A DNA stretch of 32,000 nucleotides, from NCBI RefSeq assembly GCF_000341395.1, contig NC_020304.1, forward strand, positions 3,810,001-3,842,000. Direction: 5' to 3'. This document shows positions 1-10,229 of the stretch, in pieces. Within the stretch, counting starts at the first letter, position 1. Each line of letters starts with the position of its first letter. This stretch comes from Desulfocapsa sulfexigens DSM 10523. Its GTDB lineage: Bacteria; Desulfobacterota; Desulfobulbia; Desulfobulbales; Desulfocapsaceae. A program made the translations under genes and the position numbers. Below the pieces are notes generated by a model, which was given only the letters and a program-made list of their open reading frames with translations, was not told the DNA's origin and searched no databases.

Positions 1-717
1 TTTGCCAATCTAACTGAGCTCGAGAAAATGCAGCGCATGGCCGCCTGGCGTGAAGTAGCACGTCGCATTGCTCACGAAATCAAAAATCCTCTCACCCCCA
101 TTCAGCTCTCAGCCCAGCGATTACGCAGACGCTACCCTGAAATTCTCATGGAAGATAATTCTATTTTCGACCAGTGCACAAATACCATTATCAAACAGGT
201 CGACGAAATCAAACTCCTGGTCAGTGAGTTCTCACAATTTGCCAGAATGCCTAAAATCAATCGTGCTCCTGCTGATATCACCACAATGATTAATGAGACC
301 CTTTTTCTCTACAAACAGGCCCATGGGGATATCACCTTTACTGTCACATGCAAAGATACCATACCAATATTCAGTTTTGATACCGAACAGTTGAAACGCT
401 GCTTTATCAACCTCTTTGACAATGCTGTTGCAGTTTTGCCAGAGGGCGGTATAGTCGATACTGTTCTGTCTCTCGGCAACGATGGAGAATCTGTGTTCAT
501 TCAGGTCTGTGACTCAGGCCCAGGTATCGACGAACATGAAAAACTTAAACTTTTTGAACCCTATTTCTCCACAAAAAAAACGGGTACAGGACTGGGACTT
601 GCTATTGTTTCCACTATAATATCAGACCATAGTGGCTATATAAGGGTGCAGAACAACAGTCCCCATGGCACCATATTCACTATTGAGTTACCCCTGGGAA
701 TTAAAAGACAGGTATAG
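1..717 (+). CDS. NtrY-like sensor histidine kinase, C-terminal part (5' truncated by window edge)
   Basis: Frame is open from base 1 (FANLTELEKMQRMAAWREVARRIAHEIKNPLTPIQLSAQRLRRRY). H-box HEIKNPLTP plus HATPase motifs DNAVAVLPEGG, GPGID and GTGLGLAIV. Confidence 0.93.
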   Translation, partial: FANLTELEKMQRMAAWREVARRIAHEIKNPLTPIQLSAQRLRRRYPEILMEDNSIFDQCTNTIIKQVDEIKLLVSEFSQFARMPKINRAPADITTMINETLFLYKQAHGDITFTVTCKDTIPIFSFDTEQLKRCFINLFDNAVAVLPEGGIVDTVLSLGNDGESVFIQVCDSGPGIDEHEKLKLFEPYFSTKKTGTGLGLAIVSTIISDHSGYIRVQNNSPHGTIFTIELPLGIKRQV

Positions 718-766
718 AGCCTGAGGACTGAAGGGCTAAAGCCGATATACAGGTACTCTTTTTTTT

Positions 767-2140
767 ATGGCTAAACGAATTCTTATCATTGATGATGAAG
801 CCTCCATTCGGGAAACCCTCTCGGATATTCTTGAAGATGAGGGCTTCACGCCCATCTGTGCCGCATCTGCTGAAGAAGGTATCGCTATTCTTGAGGAAGA
901 AAACATTGACCTCATTCTTCTCGATATCTGGCTTGGTGATAACATGGATGGCCTTACCGCCCTTGAAAACATAAAGGCTAGTCATTCGCTGCCTGTGATA
1001 ATGATATCCGGTCACGGTACCATTGAAACAGCTGTCCAGGCCACCCGTAAAGGTGCTTTTGATTTTGTCGAAAAGCCACTTTCCTATGACAAAATCATCC
1101 TTGCCATTTCCAATGGATTACGCTTTTCCCAGCTGGAAAAAGATAACCAGATCCTCCGCGATAAGACTAGCAGGGTAGTCAAACTCACAGGACACTCCAG
1201 CCTTATCAACGCCCTGCGTCTCCAGATTGAGCGAGTAGCCCCAACGGATGCCTGGGTTCTTATTCGGGGAGATCATGGCACCGGCAAGGAATTGGTGGCT
1301 CAGGCAATCCATCGTCACTCCAGGATGGCTGATCATCCCATGATTGAGGTGAACTGCGCTGCTATCCCCGAGGAACTCATAGAATCCGAGCTTTTTGGAC
1401 ACGAAAAAGGATCCTTTACCGGTGCCCACATTTCAAAACGAGGTAAGTTTGACCAGGCAGACGGAGGAATTTTATTTCTTGATGAAATTGGTGACATGAG
1501 CCTCAAGACACAGGCTAAAATCCTGCGAATTCTCCAGGAACAAAAATTCGAACGTGTTGGTGGTCATAAAACCATCTCTGTCAACGTCCGCGTCCTTGCT
1601 GCTACAAACAAAAACCTCGAAGAAGAAATCGAACGGGGAAATTTCCGGGCAGATCTTTTCTGGAGACTCAACGTTGTGCCAATCACCGTACCTGCACTTC
1701 GTAACCGTCTGGCAGATATCCCCTTCCTCGTTGAAGATCTGATGAAAGGGTTAGTGAACCGTGGCCTCGGCCATAAGAAGTTCTCCGATGATGCCATCAA
1801 GGTCATGATGCAGCACTCCTGGCCTGGAAACGTCCGGGAACTTCGCAATTTTGTGGAACGCATGGCTATCATGTGCCCTGCCGACACTATCGGTGCCGAC
1901 GACATAGCCCTCTTTCTCAACCCAACCATGACCGCCCCTGCCACATCATCTGACAACACCGAAGCCATGGTCCCCTATGGTATCACGAACTTTAAGGAAG
2001 CCAAAAGGTACTTCGAAAAAGAATACTTACAGCAGAAGTTAAATCAAAACGATGGCAACATTTCACAGACAGCCGAACAGGTTGGCATGGAACGGAGCCA
2101 TCTTCACAAAAAACTAAAATCACTTCAAATTTCAAGTTAG
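767..2140 (+). CDS. Sigma54-dependent response regulator, NtrX/NtrC family (REC, AAA+, Fis HTH)
   Basis: REC start [14 protein letters not shown]; [15 protein letters not shown] Walker A; GSFTGA (GAFTGA variant); DEIGDMSL; C-terminal [23 protein letters not shown]. Directly follows the NtrY-like kinase. Confidence 0.95.
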   Translation: MAKRILIIDDEASIRETLSDILEDEGFTPICAASAEEGIAILEEENIDLILLDIWLGDNMDGLTALENIKASHSLPVIMISGHGTIETAVQATRKGAFDFVEKPLSYDKIILAISNGLRFSQLEKDNQILRDKTSRVVKLTGHSSLINALRLQIERVAPTDAWVLIRGDHGTGKELVAQAIHRHSRMADHPMIEVNCAAIPEELIESELFGHEKGSFTGAHISKRGKFDQADGGILFLDEIGDMSLKTQAKILRILQEQKFERVGGHKTISVNVRVLAATNKNLEEEIERGNFRADLFWRLNVVPITVPALRNRLADIPFLVEDLMKGLVNRGLGHKKFSDDAIKVMMQHSWPGNVRELRNFVERMAIMCPADTIGADDIALFLNPTMTAPATSSDNTEAMVPYGITNFKEAKRYFEKEYLQQKLNQNDGNISQTAEQVGMERSHLHKKLKSLQISS

Positions 2141-2150
2141 GAGTAACAGA

Positions 2151-3125
2151 ATGGTCTTTCCTGAATACCGTCCCCGTCGTCTTCGCAAAAACGAATCCCT
2201 ACGTTCCCTGATTCGTGAAACGCACCTCTCTCCTGCCCAGTTCGTCTATCCTGTCTTTATTGCACCCGGAAAAAACAAAAGGGAAGAAATTCCATCCATG
2301 CCTGGTGTCTTTCGCCTGAGCGTCGATCAGCTCCAAAAAGAAGCCCGGGAATGTATGGATCTTGGAGTCAACTCCATGATTCTCTTCGGACTCCCGGAAA
2401 AGAAAGATGCCATGGGAAGCGGTGCCCATGCAAAAGACGGTATCATTCAGCGCGGGATCAAAGAATTGAAAAACAAGGCTCCTGAGCTCACTGTTATTAC
2501 CGATGTCTGTCTCTGTGAATACACGGACCACGGTCATTGCGGATGCCTGATCGGCGATACAGTTGACAACGATGCCACTCTTGAGATTCTGGCAAAAACA
2601 GCACTCTCACACGCACAGGCAGGTGCAGACATGGTTGCGCCTTCTGATATGATGGACGGTCGCGTTGCAGAAATACGGGCTGCCCTTGACGAACATAACT
2701 ATGAGATGATTCCGATCATGTCATATGCCGTCAAATATGCTTCATCGTTCTACGGACCGTTTCGCGATGCCGCCGACTGCGCGCCTCAGTTCGGAGACCG
2801 CAGGAGCTACCAGATGGATCCGGCAAATGTCAGGGAAGCTCTGCGTGAAGCCACCCTGGATGTGGACGAAGGTGCTGATATTCTAATGGTAAAACCAGCA
2901 GTTGCCTATCTTGACATTATCAGTCGCTTAAAGGATGAGTTTGACCTCCCCATCGCTGCCTATCACGTGAGTGGCGAATACGCCATGATCAAAGCTGCCG
3001 CCGAAAGAGGATGGATCGATGGTGATAAAGTGATGGCTGAGACACTCCTCTCTATTAAACGGGCCGGAGCTGATATCATTTTGACTTACTTTGCCAAGGA
3101 TATGGCCAGATTATTACAGGGATAA
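2151..3125 (+). CDS. hemB: Delta-aminolevulinic acid dehydratase (porphobilinogen synthase)
   Basis: Hallmarks [88 protein letters not shown]. Confidence 0.97.
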   Translation: MVFPEYRPRRLRKNESLRSLIRETHLSPAQFVYPVFIAPGKNKREEIPSMPGVFRLSVDQLQKEARECMDLGVNSMILFGLPEKKDAMGSGAHAKDGIIQRGIKELKNKAPELTVITDVCLCEYTDHGHCGCLIGDTVDNDATLEILAKTALSHAQAGADMVAPSDMMDGRVAEIRAALDEHNYEMIPIMSYAVKYASSFYGPFRDAADCAPQFGDRRSYQMDPANVREALREATLDVDEGADILMVKPAVAYLDIISRLKDEFDLPIAAYHVSGEYAMIKAAAERGWIDGDKVMAETLLSIKRAGADIILTYFAKDMARLLQG

Positions 3126-3132
3126 AAAAAAT

Positions 3133-3561
3133 ATGAATATTCAGGAATTACGAAAAACGATGATGCTGGCCAAGAAAAACGACCCTGAGAAGTCCACTGT
3201 TCTTGGCATGCTCCTCGATGCCGCTCAAAAACTGGCCAAAGCCGATGGAAACAGGCAAGCCGAGGAGAAGGATATCCTTGCGGCAGCAAAAAGAGAACTC
3301 AAAATGGCTCATCAGTCCATTGATGCCGGTATCGATGTCGGTAACACCGTCGCTATCCTCGAAGTTTTTATCCCCAGGACCAAGGGCGTTGAAGAGACTC
3401 AATCCATCGTCGATGCACTCATTGCAAAGCTGCCGGAGAAAAATCCGAAACTCATGGGGCAGGTGATGGGAAAGCTGAAAAAAGAATATGGTGATGAACT
3501 CGATATGGGAATAACATCCCAAATGGTAAAAAATGGTCTTATGGGGACTGAAAACGGCTGA
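3133..3561 (+). CDS. GatB/YqeY-domain protein
   Basis: ATG at 3133 within the longer ORF; MNIQELRKTMMLAKKNDPEKSTVLGMLLDAAQK...KGVEETQSIVDALIAKLPEKNPKLMGQVMGKLKKEYGDELDM resembles the YqeY family. Confidence 0.75.
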   Translation: MNIQELRKTMMLAKKNDPEKSTVLGMLLDAAQKLAKADGNRQAEEKDILAAAKRELKMAHQSIDAGIDVGNTVAILEVFIPRTKGVEETQSIVDALIAKLPEKNPKLMGQVMGKLKKEYGDELDMGITSQMVKNGLMGTENG

Positions 3562-3955
3562 GCAAGCCATTTTGAAAGGAAAGTATTTTTTGCTGCAACG
3601 CTGGATTTACTAGCCAGACCAGGCTCGAACACAAAGCACCTGCTGTGTCTGCAAGCAGATCGTAGATACTCACGTCTCGAAAAGCAATAAACGATTGATG
3701 GAATTCATCACTGATTCCATAGAAGAGACAAAAGAGAACGGCGACCAATGCATTCCGGACGGGATTTTTCAGTCCTTTGTCTCCATAGAACCACAAGACT
3801 GTAAGGGCCAGCACTCCATATGCTGTCATATGAGCCAACTTATCAGCTCCTGGAAAGGTTGGCAGCTGGAGCGTATCACCACTCTGATGAGAGAGAAAAA
3901 AAATAGTCCCCATGATTATGACCATGGGGACTGTTCGTACTGCGAATTTCAACAA
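3539..3955 (-). CDS. VanZ-like family membrane protein
   Basis: Hydrophobic protein with SHQSGD, DKLAHMTAYGVLAL, YGISDEFHQSF and RDVSIYDLLADTAGAL, typical of VanZ-like proteins; overlaps the YqeY-like 3' end convergently by about 23 nt. Confidence 0.85.
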   Translation of the reverse strand: MLKFAVRTVPMVIIMGTIFFLSHQSGDTLQLPTFPGADKLAHMTAYGVLALTVLWFYGDKGLKNPVRNALVAVLFCLFYGISDEFHQSFIAFRDVSIYDLLADTAGALCSSLVWLVNPALQQKILSFQNGLLSRFQSP

Positions 3956-3958
3956 GAT

Positions 3959-4486
3959 CTATCGGGTGGAAGGGACATGGTCTTCCGGGTTGACATGAAC
4001 CTGCTCAAGCACTTCACTTGGAAATCTTTTTTTAATGCGCTTGATGGAGGCCCGGATCTCTTTCACAGGGTAACCAGCCATCACACTCTTTGTTCTGTCA
4101 CGGTAGGCAGTGAGTTCAAATTCCTTGTTACTAAGGTCAAAGGTGTGGCTCCAGTTGATCTCAATGGTATCCGAGTTTTCATCAATTGGAATTTCAAGTG
4201 GTTCACCAGCCCTTGCAAGCTGTACTGCGTCGGAGTCGGTTATTTCGAGTAACCAGGCATCTCCCTCAACGGTTGCTAAAAGAATAAAAACACCAAGTTC
4301 CTTAATCTTCTGTCTCTTTTCCGCCGCCACCTGGACAATTCCATCAATCTCATTCAGCAGTGAGATCTTAAACGCTGCTTCCGGATTTTTCTGAACCATT
4401 CCAGCCTGCTTCTTTGGTAAGCAGCAGTGCTTAAATTTCTTTCCACTGCCACAGGGACACTGTTCATTTCTACCTATCTTTCCCAT
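3959..4486 (-). CDS. SEC-C metal-binding motif protein
   Basis: N-terminal GRNEQCPCGSGKKFKHCC is a canonical SEC-C zinc-binding motif; the remainder is unassigned. Confidence 0.85.
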   Translation of the reverse strand: MGKIGRNEQCPCGSGKKFKHCCLPKKQAGMVQKNPEAAFKISLLNEIDGIVQVAAEKRQKIKELGVFILLATVEGDAWLLEITDSDAVQLARAGEPLEIPIDENSDTIEINWSHTFDLSNKEFELTAYRDRTKSVMAGYPVKEIRASIKRIKKRFPSEVLEQVHVNPEDHVPSTR

Positions 4487-4574
4487 TACATATCAACCTA
4501 TCGATGGCATCGTTAAAAGTTTTCAACTAAGCAATCTGCATTTTTGTCTGTTTCAAAGCAATCCTTAAAAAGGA

Positions 4575-6743
4575 TTAGCTGCACTTACTATACCCACAAT
4601 CATGACACGTCTCACAACCTTCTTCAAAAATCAACTGCCCTGAACATTCGGGGCAGGTGGAAGCAAATCCATGCTGAGTCCCTGCCATAAATGATTTGAA
4701 CAACTTACTCAACTGAGCAGGAAGGTCAAGCATATGTCCACTTGAACGATCCAATTGCTTAATAATTTCAGAGGCCGGAATATTGAAACGAAGTGCCAGG
4801 GAAACCAGACGGCAGGTGGTTGTCCACATGGTCGACTTGTCTTTCAGATCCACGCGGTTATCGAAAGGAAATTTGGCAAAAACTTCCATGGGCTGTTCAT
4901 TTTCATCGAAGCAGACAATGATATACACGGACTTCTGATCCTGATCCTTCACCCGATAACGCTTGGCACTTAACGTATCCGGAAGTATCTTCTTCGCCCC
5001 GGTTGTTGACACCAGAGCCGTCTTCTCTGCCGGCGCACTTTCCTTGGTGTTCAAGACCTGTTGATCCCTTGATCCGTCACGATATACGGTAAGCCCCTTA
5101 CAACCGAGCTTATACCCCATGATATAGGAAAGTTCCACCTCTTCACGGGTCGCACTATTGGGTAGATTAATAGTCTTGGAAATTGAAGAATCCACACCAT
5201 TTTTCTGAAGAATTCCCTGCATCTGAATATGATCTTCAGGTGAGACATCCTGAGCGGTACGAAACACTTCCTGCCAATGCACAGGAATTTCATCATGGCC
5301 GATAACTGTCCCGGAGTCGGCAACCTTTGCCATCAGTTTTTCAGAATAGAAGCCTTCTCTTCTCGCGACCTGTTCAAAGTGCTTGTTAACAAGGATCAAC
5401 CTGTCTCCATCCATCACATTTTTTATCATGACGATGGAGAAATAGGGCTCACAGCCGGATGCACAATCTGCAATCATGGAGACAGTGCCGGTTGGCTGAA
5501 TTGAAGTAAGTGCAGCATTCCTTCTGGCAGGATATTTATTCAGTTTTGCATCATAGGCAGGAAATGCTCCCTTCTCAACAGCCAGTTCCACGGAACGTTC
5601 TTCTGCCTTTTCACGCACATAGCTCATTATTTCTGCAGCCTGAGCTCTCCCCTCTTCGCTTCCATAGGGCAGTCCAAGCTGAATCAGGAGATCGTGCAGT
5701 CCCATAATCCCCATACCAATCTTCCGGGTCTTGAGTGTCATTTCCTCAATTTCAGGAATAGGAAATCGATTACAGTCAATCACATTATCAAGAAAAGAGG
5801 TGGCAACCCGAACAACCTGCCCCATTCGTTTATAATCAACCTTGCCATTCTTAACGAAATTACTGAGATTCAGGGATCCTAAATTACAGGATTCATAGGG
5901 AAGTAACCACTGCTCGCCACAGGGGTTGGTTGCTTCAAAATCCCCAAGCTGCGGTGTCATGTTATCTCTATTAGCAGCATCGATAAAGAGGACACCCGGC
6001 TCACCGTTATGCCATGCAAGATCGATGATTTTCTCAAAAACTGCCTTTGCATCGAGGGTTTCGCTAACCTCTCCCGTGGAAGGTTCAATCAGGGCATATT
6101 CCGTCCCCTCTTCCACTGCTTTCATAAAGTCATCGGTAATGGCCACACTGAAATTAAAGTTATTAAACTTATCCTGATTTTCCTTGGCACTGATAAAATC
6201 CATAATATCAGGGTGATCAATACGAAGAACGCCCATATTCGCACCGCGGCGTTTACCGCCCTGCTTGATGGTTTCGGTTGCTGCGTCAAAAACAGCAGCA
6301 AAAGAGAGGGGGCCTGAAGCCACTCCCTGGGTTGAGCGAACAGAGGCATTTCTTGAACGAAGCCTGGAGAAGGAATACCCGGTTCCGCCACCTGTCTTAT
6401 GCACAAGTGCCCCATTGCGAATGGCCGTAAATATTCCATCCATGGAGTCTTCTATCGGCAGAACAAAACAGGCAGAGAGCTGACCTATATCGGTTCCAGC
6501 ATTCATGAGACATGGAGAGTTAGGGAGAAAATCAAGATGATACATCATTCGAAAATAGGATTCGCGCAAGGCCTCAAACTGTTTACTCTCCTTATCCACC
6601 TCAGCTACCGCATTGCTCACCCTCTTACATAGTGTCTCCCAGGTTTCAACGACCTCTCCGGTTCTGTCTTTCAAATAGTAACGTCTTGCAAGGACGGTTT
6701 CTGCGGTCTTGGTCAATACCTGTTTCGTGAGATCAGGGGTCAT
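4575..6743 (-). CDS. nrdJ: Adenosylcobalamin-dependent (class II) ribonucleoside-diphosphate reductase
   Basis: NSPCLMNAG, GGGTGYSFSRLR, NPCGEQWLLPYESCNLGSLNL, GVLFIDAANRDN, NLPNSATREEV, GCKGLTVYRDGSRDQQVL; C-terminal Cys-rich tail CPECSGQLIFEEGCETCHDCGYSKC. Confidence 0.94.
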   Translation of the reverse strand: MTPDLTKQVLTKTAETVLARRYYLKDRTGEVVETWETLCKRVSNAVAEVDKESKQFEALRESYFRMMYHLDFLPNSPCLMNAGTDIGQLSACFVLPIEDSMDGIFTAIRNGALVHKTGGGTGYSFSRLRSRNASVRSTQGVASGPLSFAAVFDAATETIKQGGKRRGANMGVLRIDHPDIMDFISAKENQDKFNNFNFSVAITDDFMKAVEEGTEYALIEPSTGEVSETLDAKAVFEKIIDLAWHNGEPGVLFIDAANRDNMTPQLGDFEATNPCGEQWLLPYESCNLGSLNLSNFVKNGKVDYKRMGQVVRVATSFLDNVIDCNRFPIPEIEEMTLKTRKIGMGIMGLHDLLIQLGLPYGSEEGRAQAAEIMSYVREKAEERSVELAVEKGAFPAYDAKLNKYPARRNAALTSIQPTGTVSMIADCASGCEPYFSIVMIKNVMDGDRLILVNKHFEQVARREGFYSEKLMAKVADSGTVIGHDEIPVHWQEVFRTAQDVSPEDHIQMQGILQKNGVDSSISKTINLPNSATREEVELSYIMGYKLGCKGLTVYRDGSRDQQVLNTKESAPAEKTALVSTTGAKKILPDTLSAKRYRVKDQDQKSVYIIVCFDENEQPMEVFAKFPFDNRVDLKDKSTMWTTTCRLVSLALRFNIPASEIIKQLDRSSGHMLDLPAQLSKLFKSFMAGTQHGFASTCPECSGQLIFEEGCETCHDCGYSKCS

Positions 6744-7108
6744 ATTTTCCTCATTTGAATAAAAAATAGGGTATCAATGGCTGAAAAGGCTGCTAATAAC
6801 TAACAGAAATAAGGGCTGTTTTCTCCCATCATTATTTGAACGGGTTATATACCATACTTGTGGTGCCATGCAAGAACAATCTACAACATGTAGTGGAAAA
6901 CACCACTATGATAGTTTAGGGAATTCTTTAACTTAAAGAAAAATCGAACTATTCGGAACCCCCCTCCATTTTAATTTTTTTCTGCCAATAAATCTTCTGG
7001 CCTCAAGCAACCACAACGTGGTACCATGCCCGTGTTCTGTTGAAGATCGACACAATTCATGTGCAGTTTTCCAGATACATGATACTCTTCTCATAAAGTT
7101 TGCTGCTT

Positions 7109-7196
7109 GCCACTAATCCTCAGCCTACCCGCCTGAGAAGGAGTTGTTTCGTGTTGATTATATGGGCATCTGCAGCCTGGACGGCCGCAGCAGAGA
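7109..7196 (+). repeat. 88-nt structured repeat, copy A, immediately upstream of metY
   Basis: TGCCACTAATCCTCAGCCTACCCGCCTGAGAAGGAGTTGTTTCGTGTTGATTATATGGGCATCTGCAGCCTGGACGGCCGCAGCAGAG. Matches the minus strand of 10309..10396 without gaps (80/88 by manual alignment). Confidence 0.85.
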
Positions 7197-7229
7197 TCAG
7201 GTAAAGTTTACCCACACCGGAGGAAATAT

Positions 7230-8504
7230 ATGAAATTTGAAACGGCAGCACTGCATAGTGGACGCAAGGTTGATACTGACACCCTTTCCTGCGGAACCCC
7301 GATTTATCGTACCGCTTCCTATCTCTTCAAAGATACCGAGCATGCCGCAAACCTTTTTGCCCTTAAAGAACCTGGCAACATTTACACCAGAATCGGCAAT
7401 CCCACCCAGGCCGTTCTTGAGGAGCGGATGGCCGCCCTCGAAGGAGGGGCTGCCTCTCTTGCCCTGGCCTCAGGGACTTCCGCAATTTTTTACTCTATTA
7501 TCAACATCTGTCAGTCCGGTGATGAAGTTGTAGCAGCCAACAATCTCTATGGCGGCACCTATTCCCAGTTTGATTCCATCCTTCCACAGCTTGGAATCAA
7601 GGTAACACTTATTGACCCAAAGGATCCCGAAAACTTTAGAAGAGCAATTAACGAAAAAACCAGAGTCCTCTACTGTGAGACCATTGGCAACCCCGGACTC
7701 ACCATGACTGATATTGAAGCAGTTGCAAAGATTGGCCAGGAGTACAATCTGCCCCTTATCGTCGATGCAACCTTTACTCCACCCTGCCTCCTGCGTCCCA
7801 TCGATTATGGTGCCGATATTGTCATCCATTCCCTCACCAAATGGATCGGGGGCCATGGCACTGTAATAGGCGGTATTGTCACAGATGCCGGGAAATTCGA
7901 CTGGACGGATCCCAAATTCACCCTCTTTAACGAACCCGATGCATCCTATCACGGACTTCGTTATGGTCACGATCTTGGAGAAATGAATCCCGTTGCCTTT
8001 GCCCTGCGCATGCGTCTGGTTCCTCTGCGCAATCTGGGAGCGTGTATTTCCCCTGACAACTGCTGGTCTGTGCTGCAGGGAATCGAGACCTTGAGTCTTC
8101 GTATGGAACGCCATTCTGAAAATGGAATAGCCGTTGCCGAATTTTTGAAAAATCATGACAAGGTGGACTGGGTCAATTATCCGGGACTTACCGATAGTGA
8201 AAATTATACCACGGCCAGTCATTACCTTAAAAATGGCTTTGGCGGCATGGTCACCTTTGGCATCAAAGGAGAAGTTGGCGCAGGAAAGCAGTTTATCGAA
8301 TCCCTGAAACTGTTCTCCCATCTGGCAAATGTCGGTGATGCAAAATCCCTTGCCATCCATCCCGCCTCCACCACCCACTCCCAACTCTCCAAAGAACAGC
8401 TTGAGGCATCGGGAATTTCATCCGCCATGATCCGCTTGTCCATCGGCATTGAACATATCGATGATATTATCGCCGATCTTAACCAGGCCCTGGAGAAGAG
8501 TTGA
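7230..8504 (+). CDS. metY: O-acetylhomoserine aminocarboxypropyltransferase/cysteine synthase family (PLP-dependent)
   Basis: [41 protein letters not shown] (PLP lysine region); [33 protein letters not shown]-type C-terminus; followed by metX and metW. Confidence 0.95.
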   Translation: [424 protein letters not shown]

Positions 8505-9628
8505 AGGTAAGCAAAGAAACATTCAGTTATGAGGTGACGGAAGATTCCCAGCTCTTAGACAGTGGGATACGTTTAAGCCCCATCACCATTGCCTATGAAA
8601 CCCTGGGTGAACTCAACGAGGCCAGAGACAACGCAATTCTTATCTGTCATGCCTTTTCAGGAGATTCTCATGTGGCAGGCTTTTATGAGGATGATCCACA
8701 GGAAAGTAATCCAGGCTGGTGGAACTTCATGGTTGGACCAGGCAAAGGAATCAATACGGACAAATACTTTATTGTCTGCTGCAATATCCTGGGCAGTTGT
8801 ATGGGGTCCACAGGCCCCTCATCCATAAATCCGAAAACCGGAAAGCCCTATGGGCTCGATTTTCCGATGGTCACCATAGGGGATATGGTAGTCTCTCAAA
8901 AACAGGTTCTTGATCACCTTGGAATAACGCGTCTTCATTCCGTTATCGGGGGATCGGTCGGTGGAATGCAGGTTCTTGAGTGGTGTGTACGTTACCCGGA
9001 GATGGTCAAATCAGCCATCCCTATTGCGACCACCATGCGTCACTCCGCGCTGGCAATTGCCTTCAATGAAGTGGCACGGCAGGCCATCATGGTCGATCCC
9101 AACTGGAATAAAGGAGATTATTACCAGAATCCGGGACCTGACCTGGGACTTGCCGTGGCCCGTATGATTGGACACGTAACCTACCTGTCTGATGAGGCCA
9201 TGCGGAGAAAGTTTGGACGAAAGCGTCAGGATAACAAAGACTTTTCCTTTAATTTTGAAGCAAATTTCCAGGTGGAGAGCTATCTCCGCTACCAGGGCTC
9301 AAAATTTGCTGCCCGCTTTGACGCAAATTCCGTCCTCTATATCAGTAAAGCCGCTGACTATTTTGATCTTGCAGACAAGATCAACACCAGGGAAAGTCTT
9401 CAGGATCTACAGGGCAGTCATTCGAAATTTCTGGTCATTTCCTACACCTCCGACTGGCTCTACCCCACCTATCAGGCCAAGGAGCTGGTTCAGGCACTGA
9501 AACGCACCGGCCAGGATGTCAGTTTCTGTGAAATTGAAGCCGATTGCGGCCACGATGCCTTTCTTATCAAGGACAGCAGACTCACCAATCTTTTAGAAGG
9601 ATTTCTCGATGGCATTGAACCCTCCTGA
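8501..9628 (+). CDS. metX: Homoserine O-acetyltransferase
   Basis: TTG start overlapping the metY stop (TTGA). Motifs: SGIRLSPITIAYETLGEL, ICHAFSGDSHVAG, CCNILGSCMGSTGPSSINP, VIGGSVGGMQVLEW, DCGHDAFL. Confidence 0.96.
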   Translation: MKVSKETFSYEVTEDSQLLDSGIRLSPITIAYETLGELNEARDNAILICHAFSGDSHVAGFYEDDPQESNPGWWNFMVGPGKGINTDKYFIVCCNILGSCMGSTGPSSINPKTGKPYGLDFPMVTIGDMVVSQKQVLDHLGITRLHSVIGGSVGGMQVLEWCVRYPEMVKSAIPIATTMRHSALAIAFNEVARQAIMVDPNWNKGDYYQNPGPDLGLAVARMIGHVTYLSDEAMRRKFGRKRQDNKDFSFNFEANFQVESYLRYQGSKFAARFDANSVLYISKAADYFDLADKINTRESLQDLQGSHSKFLVISYTSDWLYPTYQAKELVQALKRTGQDVSFCEIEADCGHDAFLIKDSRLTNLLEGFLDGIEPS

Positions 9629-10229
9629 ACAACTCCGCTTCGATCTCTCCATTATCGCTTCCTGGATCAAACCAGGGGCCCGGGTACTTGACCTAGGCTG
9701 CGGCCGTGGAGATCTGCTGGCCTGGCTTACACAGCACAAAAATATCCAGGGAACCGGGATTGAACAGAACAAGGAAAAGGCTGCCGCCTGTATTGGTCGT
9801 GGCCTGAGTGTTCTGCAGGGCGACCTGAGGGATGAAGTACAGGACTACCCCGACGGCTGTTTTGACGTGGTTATTCTCAGCCAGACCCTGCAGCAGGTGT
9901 ATCAACCGGATGAACTCCTGAAATCACTGGCAAGAATCGGTAAACAGGTGATCGTGAGCTTCCCGAACTTCAGCCACTTTTCCATCCGCATGCAAATTCT
10001 CTTCAAAGGGCAGGCCCCGAAAAGCAATGAACTCCCGTATTCCTGGTACGACACTCCGAATATCCGGGTTATCACCCTTGCTGACTTCCGAAAATTTTCA
10101 AAAGAAGTGGGCTACACTATTGTCAAGGAATGTGCCATCAATACCCATGACCAGGAAAGACACGGTAAAATAGTTTCCATCTTTTCCAATCTCCGCGCCA
10201 CCTATGGTCTGTTTCTTATCGAAACCTGA
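9609..10229 (+). CDS. metW: Methionine biosynthesis protein MetW (methyltransferase-like)
   Basis: VLDLGCGRGDLLAWL; GTGIEQNKEKAAACIGRGLSVLQGD; VILSQTLQQVYQP; VSFPNFSHFSIRMQILFKG; PYSWYDTPNIRVITLADF. Overlaps the metX 3' end. Confidence 0.96.
   Translation: MALNPPEQLRFDLSIIASWIKPGARVLDLGCGRGDLLAWLTQHKNIQGTGIEQNKEKAAACIGRGLSVLQGDLRDEVQDYPDGCFDVVILSQTLQQVYQPDELLKSLARIGKQVIVSFPNFSHFSIRMQILFKGQAPKSNELPYSWYDTPNIRVITLADFRKFSKEVGYTIVKECAINTHDQERHGKIVSIFSNLRATYGLFLIET

Noticed and set aside
3695-4252. 185-aa plus-strand ORF
   Set aside because: Antisense to VanZ-like and SEC-C genes, which have clear family motifs; repetitive low-information protein.
6744-7100. Cobalamin riboswitch for the B12-dependent reductase
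   Set aside because: No recognisable B12-box-like sequence seen on the minus strand upstream of nrdJ.
7109-7229. Known SAM or other methionine riboswitch upstream of metY
   Set aside because: The structured element does not match the conserved cores of SAM-I, SAM-II or SAH riboswitches as I know them, and its second copy is downstream of metW. Treated as an unknown repeat instead; an Infernal/Rfam scan would settle it.
7470-8384. 304-aa minus-strand ORF
   Set aside because: Entirely antisense to the well-supported metY gene; composition looks like a shadow ORF with no recognisable motifs.
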